Translations under genes and position numbers: made by a program | The notes under the pieces: generated by a model | Databases searched by the model: none | The model's input: the letters and a program-made list of their open reading frames with translations, nothing else | What the model was told of the DNA's origin: nothing | Part shown: piece by piece, positions 39,790-51,810 of the stretch | How the letters are laid out: each line of letters opens with the position of its first letter | Numbering within the stretch: the stretch's first letter is position 1 | DNA from: Haplodiscus bocki | Lineage: Eukaryota | Reading direction: 5' to 3' | Length of the DNA: 64,000 bases | NCBI GenBank assembly: GCA_965655095.1 | Contig: OZ296658.1 | Coordinates: 79,732,001-79,796,000, forward strand

Positions 39790-42200
39790 GCCGATGACGC
39801 GCAGACTTCGTGTTGCGGAACAGAATCGTTGGAAACTTGCATATTGCATATGTGAAATGGCACGGCAGTTAGGTAGCTTACAGGTAGCGGGAACGAATCC
39901 CGCAATCGGCCATATTTTTTTACATATATTCAGATACTCGGTAGCATATTCTTGGTTTTTGATAGCAGAAAACAGGATTTTTGGGACAAAATTTTGGGTT
40001 TTTTGATAGGTGGGCTTTTTTTCTGAAAGTTCATCGTTTTTCCGACTTAACTGAAACAAAACGTTTTTTCTCAATGGTTTTCAAAAAAATGGGAAAATTT
40101 TTGATTTGCCTCAAAAACCAAAAAAAGACTACATATCTATTGAAACGTTTAACAAAGAATGTAAACGAAAGGCGCAGCACCACTGCGATATTTTCCGCCG
40201 ACAGTAAGCAAGAAAGGGCTCTAAAATGTAATGGCGGAAAATTTCAAGAAGAACATACGCACCCTAGGGAGCGAGGAGGCCCACTCTTATTCCAGTAAGT
40301 ACAATATCAAAAAAAGATGGCCCAAAACTCATTTCTACGAATCCAGCGGAACATTTGCAGCCTTTTTTTGAAACATCAAAATTTTAGAACCTTATTTGAA
40401 CATTGAGCCAACAATTTTCGGCGGAGTTGACAAAATTGCTTTCTAGTGTTCGGAGGAACATTTGCTAAAAACAATTCCTACAAAAAGAATAATTTCATGG
40501 ATTTTTTCTGACATTGAGCGAACAATTTTCGGGCTTTCAGTGGAAATTTGTCGTGGGGATTGGTATTCTACGAGTCCATACGAAAAATTTTGATTTTGGG
40601 ATTTCAAAAAAAATCGTGAACATGTTCACTACGAATTGGCTGACTCTGGGAAAAAAACTTACCGAGGGAAAAATTTTCTCTTTGTAAGTTAAAATAAGAC
40701 GGAAAAATTGATTTATTTTTCTTTTCAATACTTTGGTGGCAGTTTTCTTCGCTTTTTCAGATCCTTCGGGTCGGGTTCAGAAAAAAACATGGACGTTTCA
40801 AAAATTCTGCTGCTGGAACATATTTTTCCCTTTTTGAGGGAATGCCAAAAAGAACAAAGAGTCTTGAAATTCTTTGAAGTTGTAAATCACTTTTTTTTCG
40901 AAAAATACAAGATTCAATTCGATCAAGGTCTTAATTGGAAGTTTTCCACTTGTACAAAGGTAAAACATTCAAAAAAAATTTGGTTGTGTTCTTTTACTCA
41001 AACTCTTGACAGTCCCAAAGGTTCAAAAATTGCTATTAACTTCGATTTATTTCGAGATTCAAACCCGTGTTTCTCAGTGACTATATGTTTGACTTATTCC
41101 ATCAAGGTGTCAAGTTGAATCTTTACACATGTAGAAGAGGATTCAAATGAAAAACTTTTTAAGTTGATCCTTACATGAGCTCAAGCAGTACTAAAAATCC
41201 AAAAACTCCTATTAATTTCGATTTATTCCGATAATCGCGTTCATGTTTCTCTCGAACTGCAGGTTTAATTTCTTCCATCAAATTTTGAACTGAAAACTTC
41301 ACATTTGCACAGGAAAATTTGACTGATAAAAGGTTTATTTTGAACCTTTTCTCAGAATCCTTTTATTGAATATTCCAAAATGCGCTTTTACTATTGATTC
41401 AACCAGAGATTCAAATTCGTTACTCTCCGTGACTATCACTTTAGTTTCTGTCATCAAGGTGCCAATGGAAAACATCCTATTTGTAGAGGCGTTTTCGATT
41501 GAAAAACTATCTTTTCCGTTATTTGTCTCGGAATCTCAATGTCCGATAATGCTCAAGAACTTTTCGTTTTTGACTCATCTTGATTTTGATTTTCCGTTTA
41601 TCCTTAAACACTGACTTGATTTTTTTCTTCAAGGTCTCAATCTTATGCTTTCTCATTGATTCCGAATATTCCAGTTAAAATCAAAAGTTTTTTTCCATGC
41701 AGTCGTACCTTGGACCAGAAAGGCTAAAAAAGTTTTCAAGTTTTGGCATGCCTCGATATCCTGACTCAATTGTTTTTCAGCGCTATCTGCTTTAACTTTC
41801 AGTGAAAGTGTCAATCCATAGATGTTTTTTTTCTGAGGTGGACTTTTCGTTTCCTAATATCATGAATATTGTGCTCTACATCGTACATGGAATCTTGATT
41901 GGCCAAATTTGCCGAAATTGCTGATAGTATAGATATATCTCGATTTTCCAATTCATCCTTCTCGAGAACTACAGCTTTGAATTCTTCGATAATGGTCGGA
42001 ACTGACCGTATTATATTATATTCTTCGGTTGGCTGACTATTTTTTTGAACAATTTTTTGTTTTACTGCTTATATTGGAATTGATAGGCCGAGAATGGGGC
42101 AAAGATCTACTCAGTATTCTTTTTTGTACATTTTGGAACCCAAAATTGTCTGAAGCCACCGGCTCGAAATCTTCTGACAAAGTCTTGAAGAGTGTTTGCC
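39790..42200 (+). repeat. Long degenerate dispersed repeat with a B-box-like head and ~176 bp tandem units (other copies ~24830-26650, ~45800-48300, probably inverted ~53400-54600)
   Basis: The head at 39820-39910 aligns with 45823-45900. An ATCAAGG-like core recurs at 41101, 41277, 41453, 41628 and ~41804. Confidence 0.55.
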
Positions 42201-43410
42201 ATTATTGGATTTCTTTGAAAGAACCATTTTTTGTACGTTCGATCAATGCTTTTTTTTGCGCCCCATTGACGGAATATATCACAGTGCGACAGAGCTTCTT
42301 GTTATTAGTTGGTAAAGATAGTTCACCTTTATTTGGCAAAACCGACTGCCGCAAAGATAACTACACCTTCAAAAAGAAAGCGTCCAAATTTGAACGATTG
42401 GACTTCCAGAAAAGTAGATAGTTTTCTAATATCATTTGGTTTATGTTTATATAATGGCTTTATGTTGTTTTTGAAGATTTCGAACTGTTGGAAAAAATTC
42501 AAGGGAATTCATTTTTATAAACTTCTTTGAAAAAATGCATGATGGTTCATTTCAACATATAGCAATATATTCGTCAAAAAAACGGATCACCACCGCAGTA
42601 CTAATCAACATAGCTGTAGGTATGATTGGCATCTGGACTACTTTAATGTAATAACCGTGGTCACGATCGCATGATCATGATGTCCCCTATGGCGACCACG
42701 CTAAGATCATGTTCTTGATAACATCAATGTGATAACCATGTCATGAACTAGACTCGATCATTTAATGGTTAGTATGAATCACCATGATCATACCATGACG
42801 TAGCATGATTGTCATGCTTGAGCATGGCTGTCAACCAGGCTAGTGCAGTGATGTTGTGAACCTTAATAGTGTGAATATACTGGAAAGCAAAGATAAAATC
42901 AGTTTTTTACGGATCTCAGCTCAAATTATAATTTGACTCACTCCGCAGAAAACTGAGTTTAACTTTGCTTTTAAGTGCAAATTCACATTATTTTTTAGTA
43001 TAGGGCATTTTCAGTCTAAGTTGCAATATAGAGTCAAAATTAGTTAGTTTTTGTACTCATTCTGCATTGAGCCAATCGAGTTAGGTGACTTTCAGGCATA
43101 AGTTCTTAGAGATCATGATTTTTTGTCGATAATACCAATATTTTGATGATCATTGGATATTTCGGATTTTTGGCCGATAAAAACAGTCGAGCACTGTTGA
43201 ATTGCATTACTCAATTAGGACCCACTCTCAGGTCAAAATCGTTAGTTAAATCTCTCGGCTGGCTTAATAATTTACTCAAGCAGTGATCACTCCATGTCAT
43301 TCATTATTACTTGTTAAATAGTATTACGAAAACCAACCATTTGGATTGATTATTTTTCGTTCCATCACTTATAACTGAAATTATGACGGATGATAATTGT
43401 GTCATTATAG

Positions 43411-43627
43411 AACAGAAGCAGATCAGTTAGCGAGATCATTGCAAACTCTGGACTTACTGCAACTCAAAGTCAAAAAGTTACAAGAACAGGAGCATAAACA
43501 ACAAAAACAACAACAAAACACTGCTAATGATAGTGGTAATAACAGTGATATAGCTGCAAGCAGTGCCCTCTATCAGCACGTGCTTGAGCAAGAAGAGTTA
43601 TTGGCCGAAAGACTCAAAACTAAAACT
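43411..43627 (+). CDS. Host gene coiled-coil exon (ADQLARSLQTLDLLQLKVKKLQEQEHKQQ...LKTKT)
   Basis: Tandem acceptors (TAG ending 43410, CAG ending 43415) and a perfect GTAAGT donor at 43628, phase 0. Heptad-like Q/L/E-rich peptide. Confidence 0.8.
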
Positions 43628-46600
43628 GTAAGTACTCTTTCACTTCTGTGTGTTTTGGAAAATGAAGCGCATTTCAGGACAAACTTGACGGAAATTTTCC
43701 GGTAAAAGTAAACTCTTCCTTAAAACGGCAGTTTTTTCAATGGCCAACTTCATACGTATGAAGAAATTTCTCGAGAAATTTCGCGTGAGACAATTCGATA
43801 GGAAACAGTAAGCTGAGAACAGAACGAGCAAATTTTCGAGAAAGTGCTTCATTCGTATGAAATTGGTGTGAGAAAAATTGTTGGTACGTTGATTGGAAAA
43901 AATATCTGGTGTTTGGGATTGGTTATCGCAGATATTTTTTGACTCGCTGTCAAAATTTTTTGCTATAATCGAAGTTCGAAACCTTTCTTCGACTTAGCGC
44001 TGCCTATGATACTTTATACTTTCTTCTTTCAAAGCTGTCAGTGTCATCAGTCCATTCAAACTGTTTCGAGAAAATTGGTCATAACCAAATGAAGTGTCCC
44101 CGATTTTTCTCTGAAAAATTTTGATCTCACAGTGGCCAAAGCAGAATTATTGAGTGGGCCTTTTGGAAATCTGGAAAAGTCTAGCTTCAAAAAAATCACG
44201 AACACTTACCGGAAGTCACAATATGTCGTCGGAACAATTTCTGACTAAATTGTCAGATAATGAACAAGAAAATAGACAAGAAAAAGAATTTTGAGGAAAT
44301 AATGAAAAACAGATGCCCTAAGATCCAAACAACCTTGCTTTTCGTTCAAAATGTATACGGATCCCAAGAAATAATGACAGAAAAATACTTGAAATGAAGA
44401 TGTGAAGGTGTAATCTGTGCATTTCTATCGTACATGTCCTTTCCGATAAACTGAAAACAATTTTGTAGACGAAAACTTCAGCAAAAGTCACTTTGCAATT
44501 GCAGCTCAGGTGATAGTAGCTTAGTTTTTCTAAGCTCTGCATTGCGGCTTATGCGAATTATGCGAAAATGTCTTCTCGAATACTAAAACATTTGTGATTG
44601 ATACAAAACTTTTAAAGATCTCTTTTATTTGGAAGGACCTTGGAATAAACTGAGTTTGTCAAATCCATTCTGTCAGTTCAAGTGTAGACTTAGATGTTAC
44701 GTATAGTTTCCTCGTATTATTTTAGGAAAGCAAATTCTTCAACACAAGCAGCTCCGCTCGCTTGCCAATTCAAAGTTACTTTCTGATGTAAATTTTAGCT
44801 TACTTTCTCAATTTCAAAAGTTGCTTTTGTGGCTTTGTGGTACAATCACAAAGCTACAGTGAATCGGTAAAACTTCAGAGGTCCAGTTGTGATCCGTTCT
44901 ACGAGCACACTTTTTTCAAACGTTTTCCGGGTAATAGCTCATCTCCACCAGAAATTTTTATTTTCTCTTCATATCAAGAATTTTTTTTGCATAAACTTTT
45001 CAAATTTGACATTTTTGGAGAAACTTTTATTAGTGTGACTGAATCGAATCTCATTTTTATTCCATAACATAAGAAGAAGTCGGAAAAAGTGAAACAAACT
45101 ATGAAACCTATAAATACTAAATTTATAAGACACGACACGTCGACAAAAATACTTCTTAGAACCGGAATGAATTTTCAGGGTCTCAAATCAAAATTCGGGA
45201 AACAGTCTGAAGATACCGAAGAGTTCAATTAGTATTGATTTTTCTCGTTCTTCAAATCCCTTTTCCTCTGCAACAACTTACTGGATTTCTCCGACCAAAG
45301 TTTCTTTTTCCCCTCACATTGGAAATTTGGTTGGCAGAAAGCTGCAAAAAAGGTTCGAAAAAGCTATTTTTCTCGATAATCAAAATCTTTTTTCTCTTGA
45401 ACCACAGACTGGAATTCTCCAATCAGGTTCTCAATCGACGGCATTCTACTTTTTAAAATGTTTTTGATAACAATGACATCCATTTTTTCATTGCCGTTGG
45501 CAAGTTGGTAGGCCAAAAGTGTTGCCAACATTATTAATTTTTCTCCAAACACTACTTTCTCTGCATCGACCTGCTAGATTCCTCTGATCAAAAACGCATT
45601 CGATAGGTTTTTTCATGTGAAAAATCTTCGGTTGGAAAACCATCATTTTTATCCGTCCAGTGCAGAGTTGGTGGGCAAAAAAATCTGGAAAAATTTGATT
45701 TGAATGATTTTCTCTTTTTTTCCGTCGAAAAAATCTTTTGAAAGGAAAAAATTCAATTCAGTAGTCGGAGTTTTTGTTTTCTATGAGAATGAGAATGCCC
45801 ATAGCGTGTGGAATTTGGGTCTGCAGAGTCGTTGGAGGCTTGCATATTACATATGTCATATGGCACAGCAGTTAGGTTGCCTACAACTAGTGGGTTCGAA
45901 AATGACTATCAACCATATTTTTTTTTACATTTTTTAGATACTCTGTAGCAAGTTCGTTTTTTAACAGCAAAATGGGTTTTTTGACAAAGTTCAAAGTTTT
46001 TCGATAGATGGGTTCTTCCCCCAAAATTTGCCCGTTTTTCGACGCAAATGAAAAAAAAATTGTTCTTTTTCTGAAGGAACCTGTTGAAAATTTTTCTTCC
46101 AATTTTAAGCAAATGTACTTTTTATTGAGTTTTTTTGTAATAACTGTCGCACTATCTTAGTTTTAGATAACCGAAACACGCAACGTTTGTTTCTTCGGAA
46201 AACCGTTTGTAGCAGCATATCGATGTGTGATTTCCACTTTGAGATAATCTCAAAGAAACCGATCGATATTGAAGTTCTATGTTGTTGAAACTCATTTGTC
46301 TGCAAAAATAGAGGGCTTAAAATTTTGATCTAGATTTCATTCAAAACTTTTCTACTAGTGACGAACTATTCTTTTGGAAATTTGTCGGTGTTTTAAGTAC
46401 ATCAGATTCTTGACAGTCCAGAAAAAGTGAAAAGTGCCATTCATTTTGATTTTTTCTGTTCTTCAAACTCTTATTCCTCCTTAACTAGAGACCTAAATTG
46501 TTCTGACATAGTCTTAATAGAAAACTTGCTTCTTGTGGTGATGGATTCAATTGATGTCTCATTAGTTTTGACCATTCGGTCAAAATCCGGACAATCGGTA

Positions 46601-49600
46601 AACTCCAAAAAGTCTACTGTGATTTGTTTAGGTCGGTTTTCAGACATGTTCTTCTTAGAAACTACAATTTTCATTTCCTCTACCAAAATTTCCATTGAAG
46701 ACTCGTTATGTGCAGAGGTGGAGTCACCTGAGAAACCAGTTGTTAGGATCCTTGCATCAGAAGCTTGGCAGTCGGAAAGATCCGAGAGTTGCTAATAGTA
46801 TTGATTTTTCTCTCGTTTCTCTCAGCTACTACTCTTTCATTTTTTCCCATTAAATCGAGACCTCTACAATTTTTGAATATGCAAAGGAAAAGTGAAAAAT
46901 CATTGATTTTGGTCCTTGCATCAGAATACTGAGGGTCAAAAATTTTCATTAAAATTTCATATTCAATTTTTTTTGATCTTCGAACTCAATTGCACCGATA
47001 ACTAAAGTTTTTTCGCCTTTTATTATTTTAGTTAATTTTTTTTATATTCAGAACAATTTAGGATGTTTTTTAAATTGGTTTTTTGTATCAGAATTTCAAT
47101 ATTCCGATAGTTGCAAAGAAATTTAGTGAGATTAACAGTTTTTGATAATCAAACCCATATCTCTCCGTAATTACAGGCTTCATTTCATCTATCAAGTTTT
47201 CAACGAAAACCGTTTGAACTGTGACAAAAATTCTGGCAGGGTTTTTCTTCGATTTTTTTTGCATTGGAATCTTAATAGTCCAAAAATTCAAAAAAGCAGG
47301 AACTCTGATATATTTGATCGATTTTCAACTCTGATTTCCCTTTAACTATGGGTTCCGTTTCCTCCATTGAATGTCAATCGCAAGATTTTCTGCTTTTGGT
47401 TGACCACTCGATAAAAAATAATTTTGTGCCGTACATTGGTATCCTGAGAGTCCAAAGGTTCCAAAAATTGTTATTCAATGTGATTCACCTCCCAACTTTC
47501 AAACTTTTAGGTGTCCTAATTGTCAACTTGATTCTATCCAGCAACGTTTTTATTGGTGTTTTCAAAATTTTAAAGGAGAATTGAAGTGAAAAATTACAAT
47601 TCTGTTGTCCCAAAATCCAATATTTGCAATTTCCTTGCTGGATGTCTTCTTTCAGAATCCTAAACTGAAGCGTCTTACTTGAGTGGAACTAATCAATTTA
47701 AATCATTAAAACTGTTTAATGCAGTGAAACCTTGATGAACCAAGCTTGCCAGATTGGGCTTCTGGTTTCGAAATACCTGAAAAATCAAACTTAAACTTCT
47801 TCTAATCTACTTGTTTCATTTTTTTAAATCAAGGTTTCATCAATCGGTTTCATTTCAATTGGCGCAGATTTTTTGTTTCTTTATATCGTGAATTTTGTTC
47901 TGTACAGCAGATTCACATTCTAGGTTGTCACGCAATAATAAACGTGATTTTAGTTGAGACGTATTTTGATGATCCCAATCATCCTTTCCGAAAAATAGAG
48001 CTGTGAATTTTTCCTCAGGGCTAAATTGACGCTGTTATACTATTAGAAGTTTCTTTGACTGAGCAATCACTGGTTTTGTTTCTTAGATTGGGATCCATGT
48101 ATGCCCAAAAAGCGGAATTGTTTTATTAATTTTGTTTGTCATTGTCTTGGCAGAACTCAAACTTCTCTGAAAATAAGGGCTTGAAGTCTTCAATCAAGGC
48201 CTCTATCGACAGTTTTTTTCTCAGGATGGGTTTTTCGTCAAAATTCTTTAATTGTATATTCAGCGAATAATTTCTGCGCCTCTTCGATTGAAAGTCTCGC
48301 GGTGTGATTGCTCCTTTTGTACAAACTATGCTTCTTCTATATGCACCAGATGCATTTCGACAATTAAACTCTTAACCAAAACATTTCTACTCCCAAGGAA
48401 ATCTTCCAATACAACATAATAACTTTTTAATGCCAATCGGAATCAACTTGGCAGCAACTGCAAAACATGTTAAAAACTGTGCTTGTTCCGATTTTGAAGT
48501 ACTCTTTACTCCGAAACAAATTGCTGATTTTCTAACACAAAATAAGTAAACAATTTTTTTTGTACGCAGTTGTGTGAAAAAGTTGCGTCAACTTTGATGT
48601 CTGCGTCGAAATGCTGATGGGCAATTTTTTACAGAACGCAGTATTACCATTCAATTTTAACTTTATTGCAGTTTTTTTGAATACAGGAAAAAGCCAATAC
48701 AGAGTGCTTGAGATTCTTTTTGCAATGGATTTTTAGTTGGCATATAATCCAAAAAATGGTGGAAGTAGTGATTTTCGACGATAATCACACTCAGTTCTCA
48801 CTGGAACCATTGTCCGAATTTCCTGCGCCTGAAATTCAATCGACAGCTTTTTAGTCACAAGTGACTTTTTGATCACAATCTTTTCTGTCTCCTTCCGTGT
48901 TTTTTTAATCTTGCTTGATCGAAAGTGGCAAAAAGCCAATTTAGTTTTGAAACGTCCCGATCTTCAAAGTTTTACTCTGCAAGTTTACCGGTAGGACTTT
49001 TTCTATCAATGTCTCCATTGACACCATTCTTTTTGCTGAAAACTTTAAGAAAAATTATTCTCCAGATTTGTAACTGACTTAGGTAATCTGATTGTACAAA
49101 AATAGTCAGCATTGCAATAGTGTATGCTTCGCTCCGTATTCAAGAACAAAACTCCTTAAAAATCTCGCTTTGGTGTTTTCCAGCAGCACCGTCATGGTTA
49201 CTTTGTTCTTCAAGAGGCAATTAGTTGAAGTACTAGGAAGTGTTGCTAGTTGCATCTGATACCTGATGCTCCTCAAAATGTAAGAAAATGCTATTTTTGT
49301 TGAGTTTTCTATTTACTTAAAATTTTTCTGCTAAACCATTTTTCTACTTCTTACAGGAAAAATAATATAAACAGGTGTAGAAGTTTTTTAGATGATTTCA
49401 AACGCGGTTTTGTTGGTGGCACTGGAAAACAAAACTGATTGTCTGAAACTGCCAAAAGGTGCTAGGTGGAATATATATATTTTTTTGTATTTCAAAGTTG
49501 CCTGCCGACAAATTACTACCTTTTGCAAAAATTGACGTGTTTTTGACAACTCATTCTTGTGCCAATGTTGACAGAATTTACCGCAGTGCTTATGGACTTC

Positions 49601-49660
49601 TTGTTGATATCCTTTAATGATTTCGAGCACATAATTTTACAAATTTTGCGTTGTTCAATT

Positions 49661-49926
49661 CCCTAGTTGAGGAAAAATACATTTCTTGCAAGATCTTGCA
49701 AGAGAATACATTAATCTTGCACATTTTCCAAGATTTTTGGGAATAATAGATTTCTTGCGAGATTCTCTTGAGTTTCTTGCAAGGAATGTATTCTGTCAAA
49801 AGAATCTGGCAAGATATGTGTTGTCTCGAAGGATCTTGCAAAAAAACGTATTGGCTCACAAGAATCTTACAAGAAGTGCATTATTTTGCAAGTTTCTTGC
49901 TAGAAAAGCATTTTTGTTCAACTATG
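49661..49926. mobile_element. TCTTGCAAG-repeat MITE, copy 2 (related fragment at ~36320-36445)
   Basis: Starts CCCTAGTTGA and is colinear with 37241-37504. Confidence 0.7.
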
Positions 49927-51603
49927 ATTGTAATAGGACGGATGTCAGCAGTGTAGCAGCAGAAGAAGAAGGGGAAAGCGTCAGCATCGTCGCCATAGTA
50001 AAACTTCGGAATTTCACATTTAGTCAGTTTCGAGATGATCTCTAAAGAATGCTCAAACTTTATAACCAAGTTTTCATAACCAATCACGATTTTATAACCA
50101 ATCAAGACTTTCTAACCAATCAAATTTAATATAACCAATCAATGGACTGAACTTTTCTGAGTCGAGCGTTAATTTTGGGAGATGTTAAAAGAAATGTTGA
50201 CAGGAAGCTTCTGCTTTGGTTTGGAATCCTTCGCTGATTGTATTGTGTTTTGACTTTGACCTTCATGACTTTTGTTGTTTTCCAGAAGCTTTCCCAGTTT
50301 GGATACGGCTCCGGTTTGTTCAGGTGATTGCAGTAAAATGTTATCCAGCTGCTTGACTTTGGATGTAGACTGGCTGCATGCCTAGGAAAGCTTTTGTGAC
50401 GCAACCTGGATGCAATAGGTTGTTTTTGTGAAGGGGTATCATAAAGAAAACTTAAGATCATAAGTTTTGAACGTTTTTAATCGATTAACATGAGTTTAAA
50501 ATAAACATGAAGTCAACCGAAAGAGTTCCCGGGTTTACGTCTAAAGATTTTGTATATGCAACGTATTTGGTTGTCACAAAAGGTTTTAATAATGGTAAAC
50601 TCGAAAAACTATTCGGTGTATGCAAAGGAAGCATTGTGAAAGGAAATTTTCGGCGCTGCGCTTCACGGAAGATTTACGAAAAATCCCTAATAAAGATTCG
50701 CTAGAAAAAGCTAAAAATATCTGAAGTAAAACCCGATTTGCAATTGCAAGGCCCAATTTGTACATAAAAGGCTACTCTAATTGTTCGAAGACAAAGGAAA
50801 TTTCCTTTAATGATAATCTTATGTACTGATGTTTTTAAATTAGGAAGATTGTAGGGACTCAACGTCTCTATCATTTTTTGAAAATTCCGAAAATCAAGAT
50901 ATTGCAGTATTTTATCAATTTAAAAACTGCGGAGCTCCCAACATTTCAAAAGCTTTAAGCTTCGTTTCTACACAACACTGGACAGCACTGAACAAGAAAA
51001 GCTGAGGTTTGTGGTGATAAAGACTGGTAAATTTCACGTTCTTTGAAACAGAACTTATAAATATAAATTGTCTACAACAGCGCTAGTCAACGTTGGTTTG
51101 CTCTGGGACATCATCCTGGGTATAAACTGCATTAAAAAAGCTGCCAATTTTCAAAGTTTTTTCATGGAAGGGGATCCGAGCAGCGGATTTGTTTCGTTTT
51201 TCTATAAATTTATAACCTTGAGGACGAAAACTACTGAAAATAAAATTCAATGAAAAATGGAAAACTCAAAGGTTTCATCCACAAATGTATCGTATTGGCT
51301 CAGAACTGATTATTGTTGGAAGGAAAACATCCTTTACACAAATGTGTGAGGGAGTTCCCCCAATCATCTAATCAAAATGTCTTTGACTAGATTTGGTTGA
51401 TTTTTGATGCAGTTATTTTTAGGAGGGTTGGAAAACAATTCCCACACCTGTTTTGTGTAATCAATTAATTTATGTTCAAATAAAAACAGGCGTAACATTG
51501 GTATGAAATGGATCTATAGTGGAATAAAATTCAAAGATAAATTATTTTATGGCATTTAGTTTGGGGGCAGTACATGCTTCATACTTTCAATCTGTTGTTA
51601 TAG

Positions 51604-51810
51604 GCGTGCATAGATAGTATAGACAGAGAAATCAGAGCTCTGGACCAGAGAATTGAGAAGGAGAAAGAAAAAGCTGCAGCTGCAAATATCAACATTTTAT
51701 TTTCCTCTTCCTCAGTTCAACTTCCCACACATAATTTACCGGAGCAAGTCCCCCTTTCGTCGTCTTTTTCTTTACCTGCATCGTATATCGACACATTCTC
51801 TCTTCTACAG
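51604..51810 (+). CDS. Host gene exon absent from the ORF track (ACIDSIDREIRALDQRIEKEKEKAAA...FSLLQ)
   Basis: gttgttatag acceptor and CAG|GTGAGA donor. 207 nt, open, phase 0-0, with a coiled-coil N-half. Confidence 0.8.

Noticed and set aside
49937-49998. Purine-rich candidate exon
   Set aside because: Its splice phases do not fit the phase-0 flanking exons. It is more likely part of an LTR fragment.
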